64,000 nt of DNA from Bacteroidota bacterium (lineage in GTDB: Bacteria; Bacteroidota; Ignavibacteria; UBA10030): contig JBGFRO010000003.1 of NCBI GenBank assembly GCA_041695085.1, positions 8,603 to 72,602 of the forward strand, given 5' to 3'. The translations under genes were made by a program, and so were the position numbers. The first letter of the stretch is position 1. Each line of letters opens with the position of its first letter. Shown in pieces: positions 26,190 through 35,003 of this stretch. A model generated the notes under the pieces. That model was given only the letters and a program-made list of their open reading frames with translations, made no database searches and was not told the DNA's origin.

Positions 26190-29100
26190 ATGAAACAATA
26201 CTTTGTCACGTCTCTTGGAGGCCTTATGGTTCAGAACCTCAGCCTTGAAAGCAGCACGAAACCAGGAACAGTGAGCATGAGCCTGCGTTTCTGCATGCTC
26301 TCTGCGCTGCTTCTTTGCTTCGCCGGCAATGCTTCTGCTCAAACAGTTTTCGATAGTCTTTGGGTCACGGACGGGACGGTCCACACCGCCGTTGTAAGCG
26401 GAAATACCATTTACATCGGTGGAACGTTCACGTATGTCGGTCCTAACACCGGTCGTGGCGCGGCGATCGACATGGGAACGGCTGCGCCCGACCTCTCATT
26501 TCCTAAAGTCAATGGAACAATCTATGCAGTCGTTTCCGATGGCTCCGGGGGATGGTACATCGGAGGAGATTTCACATCGGTCGGCGGCATAACGAGAAAT
26601 CGTATTGCCCATATCCTACCGAACAAAACCGTCAACGCGAGCTGGGATCCGAATGCGAACAGCACTGTTTGGGCTCTTGCTGTCTCAGGCACAACAGTCT
26701 ATGCAGGGGGAGAGTTTACAACCATCGGGGGTCAACCGAGAAATCGTATTGCCGCGCTTGATGCCTCAACGGGACTCGCAACGGGCTGGGATCCGAATGC
26801 GAGCGGCTCTGTTCGTGCTCTTGCTCTCTCAGGCACAACAGTCTATGCAGGGGGAGAGTTTACAAGCATCGGGGGTCAAACGAGAAATCGTATTGCCGCG
26901 CTTGATGCCTCAACGGGACTCGCAACGACCTGGGATCCGAATGCGGACGGAACTGTTTTTGCTCTTGCTGTCTCAGGCACAACAGTCTATGCAGGGGGAG
27001 ACTTTACAACCATCGGGGGTCAACCGAGAAATCGTATTGCCGCGCTTGATGCATCAACGGGAAGCGCCACGAGCTGGGATCCGAATGCGAGCGGCACTGT
27101 TCAGGCTCTTGCTGTCTCAGGCACAACAGTCTATGCAGGGGGATTTTTTACAAGCATCGGGGGTCAAACGAGAAATCGTATTGCCGCGCTTGATGCCTCA
27201 ACGGGACTCGCAACGGGCTGGGATCCGAATGCGAGCGGCACTGTTCTTGCTCTTGCTCTCTCAGGCACAACAGTCTATGCAGGGGGAGACTTTACAACCA
27301 TCGGGGGTCAACCGAGAAATCGTATTGCCGCGCTTGATGCCTCAACGGGACTCGCAACGACCTGGGATCCGAATGCGAGCGGCACTGTTCGTGCTCTTGC
27401 TCTCTCAGGCACAACAGTCTATGCAGGGGGAGACTTTACAAGCATCGGGGGTCAACCGAGAAATCGTATTGCCGCGCTTGATGCCTCAACGGGACTCGCA
27501 ACGGGCTGGGATCCGAATGCGAGCGGCACTGTTCGTGCTCTTGCTCTCTCAGGCACAACAGTCTATGCAGGGGGAGACTTTACAAGCATCGGGGGTCAAC
27601 CGAGAAATCGTATTGCCGCGCTTGATGCCTCAACGGGACTCGCAACGGGCTGGGATCCGAATGCGAGCGCCACTGTTTTTGCTCTTGCTGTCTCAGGCAC
27701 AACAGTCTATGCAGGGGGAAGCTTTACAAGCATCGGGGGTCAAACGAGAAATCGTATTGCCGCGCTTGATGCATCAACGGGAAGCGCAACGACCTGGGAT
27801 CCGAATGCGAGCGGCCCTGTTCGTGCTCTCGCGCTTGACTTCACGAAGGCAAGAGTCTATGCAGGGGGTAGCTTTACAACTGTTCTTAACGATGCACGGA
27901 GTAACTTTGTCGGTCTTAGAAATCCCGACGACACAGCGCTGGGTGCGCCAGCAGCACCGACACTTGCTTTGCCATCAAACGGTGCAACAGGCGTTGCCAC
28001 CAATCCGACCTTAAGCTGGAACGCTTCCACGGGAGCCGCATCGTATCGGTTGCAGGTTTCGACAAGCTCAACGTTCTCTACCACTGTCCATGACCAGAGC
28101 GGCATCACGGGCACATCGCAGCAGGTTTCCGGTCTTGCCAACAACACACTCTACTACTGGCGAGTCAACGCTACCAACGTTGGCGGGACAAGCGACTGGT
28201 CAACCACGTGGAGCTTCACCACCATTGTCGCAGCACCAGCAGCACCGACACTTGCTTCACCATCAAACGGTGCAACGGGCGTTGCCACCAATCCCACATT
28301 AAGCTGGAATGCTTCCACGGGAGCCGCATCGTATCGGTTGCAGGTTTCGACAAGCTCAACGTTCTCCACGACGGTCTATGACCAGAGCGGCATCACCGGC
28401 ACATCGCAGCAGGTGTCCGGGCTTGCCAACAACACGCTCTACTACTGGCGAGTCAACGCTACCAATGCTGGCGGAACAAGCGACTGGTCAACCACGTGGA
28501 GCTTCACTACGATTGTCGCACCTCCCTCCGGCAGCGGCACGGCGGCAGATCCTTACCTCATCGCTACGCTCAATGACCTTTTGTGGATCACTGCAAACAT
28601 AAGTTCCTGGAACGCACATTTTAAGCAAACCGCGAATATTGACGCCTCGCCTACATCGAGTTGGACTGGTGGCGGATGGACGCCGATTGGCAACCCCACG
28701 ACCGCATTTACCGGCGCCTACAACGGACAGGGTTATGTCATTGACGGTTTGTACATCAACCGAAACAGCAGCTTTCAGGGTCTGTTTGGTGCTATTAAAC
28801 AAGCTACGATCAGTAACTTAGGAGTAACAAATGTTAATATCATAGCCAGGATTAATACGGGTAGTTTGGCTGGCCGTGTTGCACAGAGCACCATCAACAA
28901 CTGCTATTCAACCGGTACCGTGAACGGTTCTGGATATGTTGGCGGCTTAGTAGGAGAGGCTGTGGGAAGTTCGATCACGAACTGCTACTCCAGTTGTAAT
29001 GTGAGCGGCACTGCTGTGGTTGGCGGATTGGTAGGCGCCAATGTCAATACTTCCGTCATCAATAACAGCTATTCAACGGGAGCCGTAGCCGGTAACGAGG

Positions 29101-32100
29101 ATGTGGGGGGATTGACAGGATTCAACGGCAGTGGTTCCTCAATCACGAACTGCTACAGTCGGGGAAACGTTGTACGCAATTCCGGAACTCAAACACGCTT
29201 TGGCGGTTTTGTTGGGAACAATAGCGGTACAATTCAATATTGCTACAGCACGGGGAGCGTGAATTTTGGCACGGCGCAGGGATTTGTCGGCGCATCAGTT
29301 GACACTCCCACGTACACCGCCAACTTTTTTGACAGCCAAACATCGGGCCAAAGTTCCGGCACGGGCGCGACGGCAATAACAACGGCTCAGATGAAAACGG
29401 CACTAACGTTTATTGTTGCCAGGTGGAGCACGACTGTCTGGAACATCGGCGACGGCCTCAACGATGGTTATCCCTATCTGGATTGGCAAAACCCGAGCGG
29501 AACATCGCTTTACGCATCGGCGGGACTTACACCTCCCTCCGGCAGCGGCACGGCGGCAGATCCTTACCTCATCGCTACGCTCAATGACCTTTTGTGGATC
29601 ACTGCAAACACAAGTTCCTGGAACGCACATTTTAAGCAGACCGCAAATATCAATGCGGCCGCAACCTCAGGCTGGGTCGGAGGGGGATGGCCGACCATCG
29701 GCAACGGAACAACAAAATTTACCGGTTCCTATGACGGCCAGGGCTTCACCATTGATGCTCTGTACATCAACAGGTCTGCCGGTCAACAGGGACTCTTTGG
29801 CTGGACGCTCAACGCCACGGTCAGGAACGTGAGACTGACGAATGTCAACATCACCGGCACTGTTGACGTTGGTGCACTGGTGGGAGTGAACGAGAATTCT
29901 GTCATCAGTGGTTGCTCTTCAAGCGGTACGGTAAGCGGCGCCATAAGAAACGTTGGTGGGTTGGCGGGGCAGAATTACACTAACTCGACCATCAACACAA
30001 GCTACTCGCTTTGTACGACAAGTGGAACAGAGAAAGTTGGCGGCTTAGTAGGTTGGAATCGCGACGGCGCCACAATCGACAACAGTTACAGTCGTGGAGG
30101 TGTCACCCGTGCGAGCGGGTCGAATACAGAGTTCGGCGGCTTTGTTGGAAACAATGCAGCTACCATAAGGTACAGTTACTCGACCGGAAGCGTAAGCTTT
30201 GGCACGGCGCAGGGGTTTGTCGGCGCATCATCTGGCACACCCACGTACACCGCGAATTTCTTTGATAGCCAGACGTCGGGCCACAGCTCAGGCATCGGCG
30301 CGACGGCAAAAACGACTGCCGAGATGAAGAGGGGGTATACGTTTCTCACTGCAGGCTGGAACCCCACCGTCTGGTTTAGAAATAACGGCACGAACAACGA
30401 CTATCCGTATTTAGCATGGGAGAACCCTGCCGGAACTCCGCTTCAGTGGCCCCAGATCGCCGTTGGCTCCGGCAACAGCCAAAGCTCAGTCATCAACACG
30501 GCGCTTGCCAATCCGCTTGTCGTAACGGTGACGGATGAGAATACCGATCCTGTTCGGGATGTGCCGGTGACATTTGCTATTGCCACAACGCCTGCGAGCG
30601 CAACGGGGCAAAATCTCAGCGTCACGAGTGCAACCACTGATGCGAGCGGGCAGGCGTCAACCGCCCTTACGCTCGGCAACAAGGTGGGCGCCTATACCGT
30701 TACGGCAACCTCTGCCTCGTTAACCGGCAGTCCGGTTACATTTACTGCCAATGCAACGACTGGCGCTGCGACAACCATCGCGTTGACCTCCGGCAGCGGA
30801 CAATCGGCAGCGATCAACACAGCACTCACTCCCTTTGTCGTCACCGTCACCGATGCGGGGGGGAATCCTGTCTCCAGCGTCAACGTCACCTGGTCGATCA
30901 CCGGTACGCCGACGGGAGCGACAGGACAGAGTCTCAGCAGCACAAGCTCCACCTCCGACGCAAACGGTCGGGCATCAACTATCTTGACCCTCGGCAACAA
31001 ATCCGGAACCTACACGGTCACGGCAACCTCCGGTACGCTCGCAGGCAGCCCGGTGAGCTTCACGGCAACAGCAACCGCAGGGGCTGCAGCAACGATTGCC
31101 TTGACTTCGGGAAACAACCAGAGCAAGACGCACAGCACCGCGCTCGATAATCCGTTCATCATTACAGTAACTGATTCGAATGGAAATGTCGTCTCGGGGA
31201 CAAATGTGACCTTTGCCATCGCAACCACACCTGCGAACGCAACGGGGCAGGCGCTCAGTGTCACCAACACCACAACCGACGCAAACGGTCGGGCATCAAC
31301 TCTCCTGACCCTCGGCAACAAAGCCGGAACTTACACGGTCACGGCAACCTCCGGTACGCTCGCGGGCAGCCCGGTGACATTCACCGCATCCGCCACAGCC
31401 GGTGCAGCGGTAGCCATTGCCCTGACCAGCGGGAACAATCAGTCTGCCCCGATTGCCTCAGCACTGGCTAATCCCTTTGTGCTAACAGTGACGGATGCAG
31501 GAGGGAATCCTGTGCAGGGGGTGAGCGTCAATTGGTCGATCACCGGCACACCAACGGGAGCGACGGGTCAGAGTCTCAGCAGCACAAGCTCCACCTCCGA
31601 CGCAAACGGTCGGGCATCAACTATCTTGACGCTTGGCAACAAAGTCGGCACCTACGCGGTGCACGCATCGTCAACGGGATTGACAGGTAGTCCCATCTCC
31701 TTTACCGCTACAGCCACGGTTGGAGCTGCAGCCAACATCGCTTTGACTTCTGGGAACGGGCAATCGGCAACGATTAACACCACGCTCTCTCCTTTCGTCG
31801 TAACAGTAACTGACGCTGGAGGGAATCCTGTGCAGGGGGTGAGCGTCACGTGGTCGATCACCGGCACACCGAGTGGAGCGACAGGTCAGAGTCTCAGCAG
31901 CACAAGCTCTACCTCCGATGCAAACGGACAAGCCTCCACAACATTGACGCTCGGCAACAAAGTCGGCACCTACACCGTGCAGGCATTGTCAACGGGATTG
32001 ACAGGAAGTCCCATCACCTTCACCGCCACAGCCACGGTTGGAGCTGCAGCCAACATCGCTTTGACTTCCGGCAACGGGCAATCGGCAACGATTAACACCA

Positions 32101-34577
32101 CGCTCTCTCCTTTCGTCGTAACAGTAACTGACGCTGGAGGGAATCCTGTGCAGGGGGTGAGCGTCAATTGGTCGATCACCGGCACACCAACGGGAGCGAC
32201 GGGTCAGAGTCTCAGCAGCACAAGCTCCACCTCCGACGCAAACGGTCGGGCATCAACTATCTTGACGCTTGGCAACAAAGTCGGCACCTACGCGGTGCAC
32301 GCATCGTCAACGGGATTGACAGGTAGTCCCATCTCCTTTACCGCTACAGCCACGGTTGGAGCTGCAGCCAACATTGCCTTGACCTCCGGCAACGGACAAT
32401 CGGCAACGATTAATACCACGCTTTCTCCTTTCGTCGTGACGGTAACTGACGCTGGAGGGAATCCTGTGCAGGGGGTGAGCGTCAATTGGTCGATCACCGG
32501 CACACCAACGGGAGCGACGGGTCAGAGTCTCAGTAACACAAGCTCCACCTCCGACGCAAACGGTCGGGCATCAACTATCTTGACGCTTGGCAACAAAGTA
32601 GGCACCTACACCGTGCACGCATCGTCAACGGTATTGACAGGTAGTCGCGTCACCTTCACCGCCACAGCCACGGTTGGAGCTGCAGCCAACATCGCTTTGA
32701 CTTCCGGCAACGGACAGTCGGCAACGATTAATACCACGCTTTCTCCTTTCGTCGTAACGGTAACTGACGCTGGAGGGAATCCTGTACAGGGGGTGAGCGT
32801 CACGTGGTCGATCACCGGCACACCAACGGGAGCGACAGGTCAGAGTCTCAGCAGCACAAGCTCTACCTCCGACGCAAACGGTCGGGCATCAACTATCTTG
32901 ACGCTTGGCAACAAAGTCGGCACCTACACCGTGCACGCATCGTCAACGGGACTGACAGGTAGTTCCATCACCTTCACCGCCACAGCCACGGTTGGAGCTG
33001 CAGCCAACATCGCTTTGACTTCTGGGAACGGGCAATCGGCAACGATTAATACCACACTTTCTCCTTTTGTCGTAACAGTAACTGACGCTGGAGGGAATCC
33101 TGTACAGGGGGTGAGCGTCAATTGGTCGATCACCAACACACCGAGTGGAGCGACAGGTCAGAGTCTCAACGCCGCCAGCACAACCACCGACGTCAAAGGA
33201 GAGGCTTCGGTAACATTTACGCTTGGGAACAAGGTCGGTACGTATACAGTGCAGGCAACCTTAGGTAATGTGACTGGCAGTCCGGTCTCCTTCTCCGCAA
33301 CAGCCACAACAGGTGCCGCGACAACCGTTCTTCCCATCAGCGGCACGCCGCAGTCGGGGACGATTCTTACCACGCTCCCACAAGCACTGGTGGTAACGGT
33401 GTTCGATGTGGGGAGCAATCCTGTGCCAAATGTCGCAGTCAATTGGTCTGTGCAAAGCAAGCCCGTCGAGGCAACAGGGGAAGCGCTCAGTAGCTCCACA
33501 AGCACGACTGGTTCCAACGGCCAGACCTCTGCCACTTTCATCCTCGGCAACAAGGTGGGAACGTATGTTGTGCGAGCCAGTGTGGGAGGTCTTCGTGCCG
33601 ACTTCACGCTCTGGGCAAGGGCGGGAGCAGTGGCATCGTTGACGAAAGTATCGGGTGACAATCAGATCGGCCCGATCCAAACTCAATCTGCACAGCCATT
33701 CGTGGTGGCCTTGCGCGATGCGGGGAACAATCCGGTCTCCGGTATGTTGGTGACGTTCAGCCTTGTCTCAAGCCCGCCGGGACCGACCGGTGCCGGGCTC
33801 TCCAGTCCGTCTGTTACAACTGCCGACAACGGTGAGGCGCAGACGTACTTAGTCTTCGGCTCAAAGGTGGGAAATTATGTGGTAAGCGCCGCGGTGAGTG
33901 GATTGCCTGCAGTGTTGTTTACCGGCACGGCGATAGCTGGGGCTGCAAGTCAGATGCTGAAGGTCTCGGGGGAGAATCAGAGCGGGAGTGTGAACAGCAG
34001 GCTTTCCCAGCCGTTGGTGGTGCAGGTGACCGATAGGGGAGGAAATCCGATCTCAGGGGTGCGGGTGTCCTTTGCGTTCCTGTCGACTCCCGCAGGAGCT
34101 ATGGGTCAGGAGCTGACGCCTCTTTCGGCGGTAACGAACGAGGGGGGCGAAGCGCAGACAACGCTCAAGCTGGGGAGTCTTGCGGGCCAGTATCAGGTGC
34201 AGGCGAGCTCACCGCAGATCAGTGGGGTGTCGGTGGTCTTCACGGCCTCGGCGATCGGACCAACATCGGTGGAGGCTCTTCCTGGTGCTGTGCCGAGCGA
34301 GTTTGCTTTGCAACAGAATTATCCTAATCCGTTTAATCCGAGCACACGAATCCGGTTCAGCATTCCGGAGGAGAGTCGGGTGCGGCTGGTGGTGTATAGT
34401 CTCCTCGGCGTTGAAGTCGCAGCGTTGGTGGATGAAGAGTTGCGGGCAGGCGTGTATGAGACTGTTTGGAATGCCGGAGGCCGTTCGAGCGGTGCGTATT
34501 TTGTGCGGATGGAGGCGTTTAGTAGGAATGGAGATCGAAGCTTCAGCCTGCTCAGGAGAATGATGCTGGTGAAATAA
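26190..34577 (+). CDS. Giant (2795 aa) T9SS-secreted repeat surface protein: beta-propeller repeats + 2 FN3-like + 2 GLUG-motif modules + 12 Ig-like (Big_1-type) domains + T9SS C-terminal domain
   Basis: AAGGAG SD before the ATG. Signal peptide MSLRFCMLSALLLCFAGNASAQ, so the true start could be the internal ATG at 26277. 48-aa repeats GGxFTxIGGQxRNRIAALDASTGLATxWDPNASGTV. FN3-like …LSWNASTGAASYRLQVS…YYWRVNATN. VGGLVG/VGGLTG GLUG motifs. 106-aa …ALTSGNGQS…VTVTDAGGNPV…TLGNKVGTYTV… units. C-terminus …NYPNPFNPSTRIRFSIPE…GAYFVRMEAF… is a T9SS type A sorting domain. Confidence 0.9.
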   Translation: MKQYFVTSLGGLMVQNLSLESSTKPGTVSMSLRFCMLSALLLCFAGNASAQTVFDSLWVTDGTVHTAVVSGNTIYIGGTFTYVGPNTGRGAAIDMGTAAPDLSFPKVNGTIYAVVSDGSGGWYIGGDFTSVGGITRNRIAHILPNKTVNASWDPNANSTVWALAVSGTTVYAGGEFTTIGGQPRNRIAALDASTGLATGWDPNASGSVRALALSGTTVYAGGEFTSIGGQTRNRIAALDASTGLATTWDPNADGTVFALAVSGTTVYAGGDFTTIGGQPRNRIAALDASTGSATSWDPNASGTVQALAVSGTTVYAGGFFTSIGGQTRNRIAALDASTGLATGWDPNASGTVLALALSGTTVYAGGDFTTIGGQPRNRIAALDASTGLATTWDPNASGTVRALALSGTTVYAGGDFTSIGGQPRNRIAALDASTGLATGWDPNASGTVRALALSGTTVYAGGDFTSIGGQPRNRIAALDASTGLATGWDPNASATVFALAVSGTTVYAGGSFTSIGGQTRNRIAALDASTGSATTWDPNASGPVRALALDFTKARVYAGGSFTTVLNDARSNFVGLRNPDDTALGAPAAPTLALPSNGATGVATNPTLSWNASTGAASYRLQVSTSSTFSTTVHDQSGITGTSQQVSGLANNTLYYWRVNATNVGGTSDWSTTWSFTTIVAAPAAPTLASPSNGATGVATNPTLSWNASTGAASYRLQVSTSSTFSTTVYDQSGITGTSQQVSGLANNTLYYWRVNATNAGGTSDWSTTWSFTTIVAPPSGSGTAADPYLIATLNDLLWITANISSWNAHFKQTANIDASPTSSWTGGGWTPIGNPTTAFTGAYNGQGYVIDGLYINRNSSFQGLFGAIKQATISNLGVTNVNIIARINTGSLAGRVAQSTINNCYSTGTVNGSGYVGGLVGEAVGSSITNCYSSCNVSGTAVVGGLVGANVNTSVINNSYSTGAVAGNEDVGGLTGFNGSGSSITNCYSRGNVVRNSGTQTRFGGFVGNNSGTIQYCYSTGSVNFGTAQGFVGASVDTPTYTANFFDSQTSGQSSGTGATAITTAQMKTALTFIVARWSTTVWNIGDGLNDGYPYLDWQNPSGTSLYASAGLTPPSGSGTAADPYLIATLNDLLWITANTSSWNAHFKQTANINAAATSGWVGGGWPTIGNGTTKFTGSYDGQGFTIDALYINRSAGQQGLFGWTLNATVRNVRLTNVNITGTVDVGALVGVNENSVISGCSSSGTVSGAIRNVGGLAGQNYTNSTINTSYSLCTTSGTEKVGGLVGWNRDGATIDNSYSRGGVTRASGSNTEFGGFVGNNAATIRYSYSTGSVSFGTAQGFVGASSGTPTYTANFFDSQTSGHSSGIGATAKTTAEMKRGYTFLTAGWNPTVWFRNNGTNNDYPYLAWENPAGTPLQWPQIAVGSGNSQSSVINTALANPLVVTVTDENTDPVRDVPVTFAIATTPASATGQNLSVTSATTDASGQASTALTLGNKVGAYTVTATSASLTGSPVTFTANATTGAATTIALTSGSGQSAAINTALTPFVVTVTDAGGNPVSSVNVTWSITGTPTGATGQSLSSTSSTSDANGRASTILTLGNKSGTYTVTATSGTLAGSPVSFTATATAGAAATIALTSGNNQSKTHSTALDNPFIITVTDSNGNVVSGTNVTFAIATTPANATGQALSVTNTTTDANGRASTLLTLGNKAGTYTVTATSGTLAGSPVTFTASATAGAAVAIALTSGNNQSAPIASALANPFVLTVTDAGGNPVQGVSVNWSITGTPTGATGQSLSSTSSTSDANGRASTILTLGNKVGTYAVHASSTGLTGSPISFTATATVGAAANIALTSGNGQSATINTTLSPFVVTVTDAGGNPVQGVSVTWSITGTPSGATGQSLSSTSSTSDANGQASTTLTLGNKVGTYTVQALSTGLTGSPITFTATATVGAAANIALTSGNGQSATINTTLSPFVVTVTDAGGNPVQGVSVNWSITGTPTGATGQSLSSTSSTSDANGRASTILTLGNKVGTYAVHASSTGLTGSPISFTATATVGAAANIALTSGNGQSATINTTLSPFVVTVTDAGGNPVQGVSVNWSITGTPTGATGQSLSNTSSTSDANGRASTILTLGNKVGTYTVHASSTVLTGSRVTFTATATVGAAANIALTSGNGQSATINTTLSPFVVTVTDAGGNPVQGVSVTWSITGTPTGATGQSLSSTSSTSDANGRASTILTLGNKVGTYTVHASSTGLTGSSITFTATATVGAAANIALTSGNGQSATINTTLSPFVVTVTDAGGNPVQGVSVNWSITNTPSGATGQSLNAASTTTDVKGEASVTFTLGNKVGTYTVQATLGNVTGSPVSFSATATTGAATTVLPISGTPQSGTILTTLPQALVVTVFDVGSNPVPNVAVNWSVQSKPVEATGEALSSSTSTTGSNGQTSATFILGNKVGTYVVRASVGGLRADFTLWARAGAVASLTKVSGDNQIGPIQTQSAQPFVVALRDAGNNPVSGMLVTFSLVSSPPGPTGAGLSSPSVTTADNGEAQTYLVFGSKVGNYVVSAAVSGLPAVLFTGTAIAGAASQMLKVSGENQSGSVNSRLSQPLVVQVTDRGGNPISGVRVSFAFLSTPAGAMGQELTPLSAVTNEGGEAQTTLKLGSLAGQYQVQASSPQISGVSVVFTASAIGPTSVEALPGAVPSEFALQQNYPNPFNPSTRIRFSIPEESRVRLVVYSLLGVEVAALVDEELRAGVYETVWNAGGRSSGAYFVRMEAFSRNGDRSFSLLRRMMLVK
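26560..27900 (+). repeat. 144-bp (48-aa) tandem coding repeats, about 9 close copies plus diverged flanking copies
   Basis: GGGATCCGAATGCG recurs at 26644, 26788, 26932 and onward, exactly 144 bp apart. The protein repeat ends …SGTTVYAGG. Confidence 0.9.
27945..28520 (+). repeat. 288-bp tandem duplication (two FN3-like domains)
   Basis: APAAPTLA(L/S)PSNGATGVATNPTLSWNASTGAASYRLQVSTSSTFSTTV… occurs twice, 96 aa apart, and is nearly identical. Confidence 0.85.
28521..30445 (+). repeat. Two ~1.0-kb GLUG-motif modules (1,011-bp offset)
   Basis: CCTCCCTCCGGCAGCGGCACGGCGGCAGATCCTTACCTC… starts at 28521 and again at 29532. The first ~115 bp are near-identical, and the rest is clearly homologous but diverged. 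Confidence 0.85.
30450..34260 (+). repeat. Twelve ~318-bp (106-aa) Ig-like coding repeats, central five near-identical
   Basis: Spurious minus-strand ORFs recur at 31652, 31970, 32288, 32606 and 32924 (318-bp spacing). 31501-31737 is identical by eye to 32137-32373. Confidence 0.9.
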
Positions 34578-35003
34578 GTGCCAAGGAAAGCTGCGTCAAT
34601 TCTTTCAGGGTGCGAGGCTGTGCAAAATGTAGGGCGAGAAGCCTTCTCGCCGACGTTGGTGTTGCGAAAACCGTCTCAATTCCCCAAATCTCGAACTCGC
34701 ACATCACGTCGATTGAACTTTTCGCACAGCCTGCAGTCCCTGACGTGGTAAGAATCTGAAACTACTTAGGTGGAGCAAGCAAGAGGATTCTCGCGTTGCG
34801 GGTCATGACGTTCACCTCTGCGGTGAAAAAGAGTCCGTCCATTTCGAACGGATGTAGTTCTGCGAACCTACGACAGAACACGCCTCTATGTCGGAATTAA
34901 GGGATGTATCCCTCCTTGTTCTCCCCTTAATCATTTCTTATATTTCGCACGCAATTCAGTCTGTTTTCCAATTCTCAAGCCTTCGTAGTGGACAGAGGTT
35001 TGC

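Noticed and set aside
26605-28014. 469-aa ORF in a second frame inside the giant gene
   Set aside because: It is an artefact of a 144-bp repeat unit that lacks stops in that frame. Its product is a low-complexity Arg/Leu/Gln repeat, whereas the main frame has a signal peptide, recognisable domains and a T9SS sorting domain.
30443-33686. Series of minus-strand ORFs of 71-167 aa inside the Ig-repeat region (five at exact 318-bp spacing)
   Set aside because: These are periodic antisense reading frames created by the coding repeats. They are mutually near-identical, lack ribosome-binding sites, and lie fully inside a well-supported CDS.
30450-34260. Diversity-generating retroelement targeting the near-identical Ig repeats
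   Set aside because: There is no reverse transcriptase, no accessory gene and no template-repeat/variable-repeat pair with adenine-specific differences. The differences between units are not confined to A positions as far as I can see.
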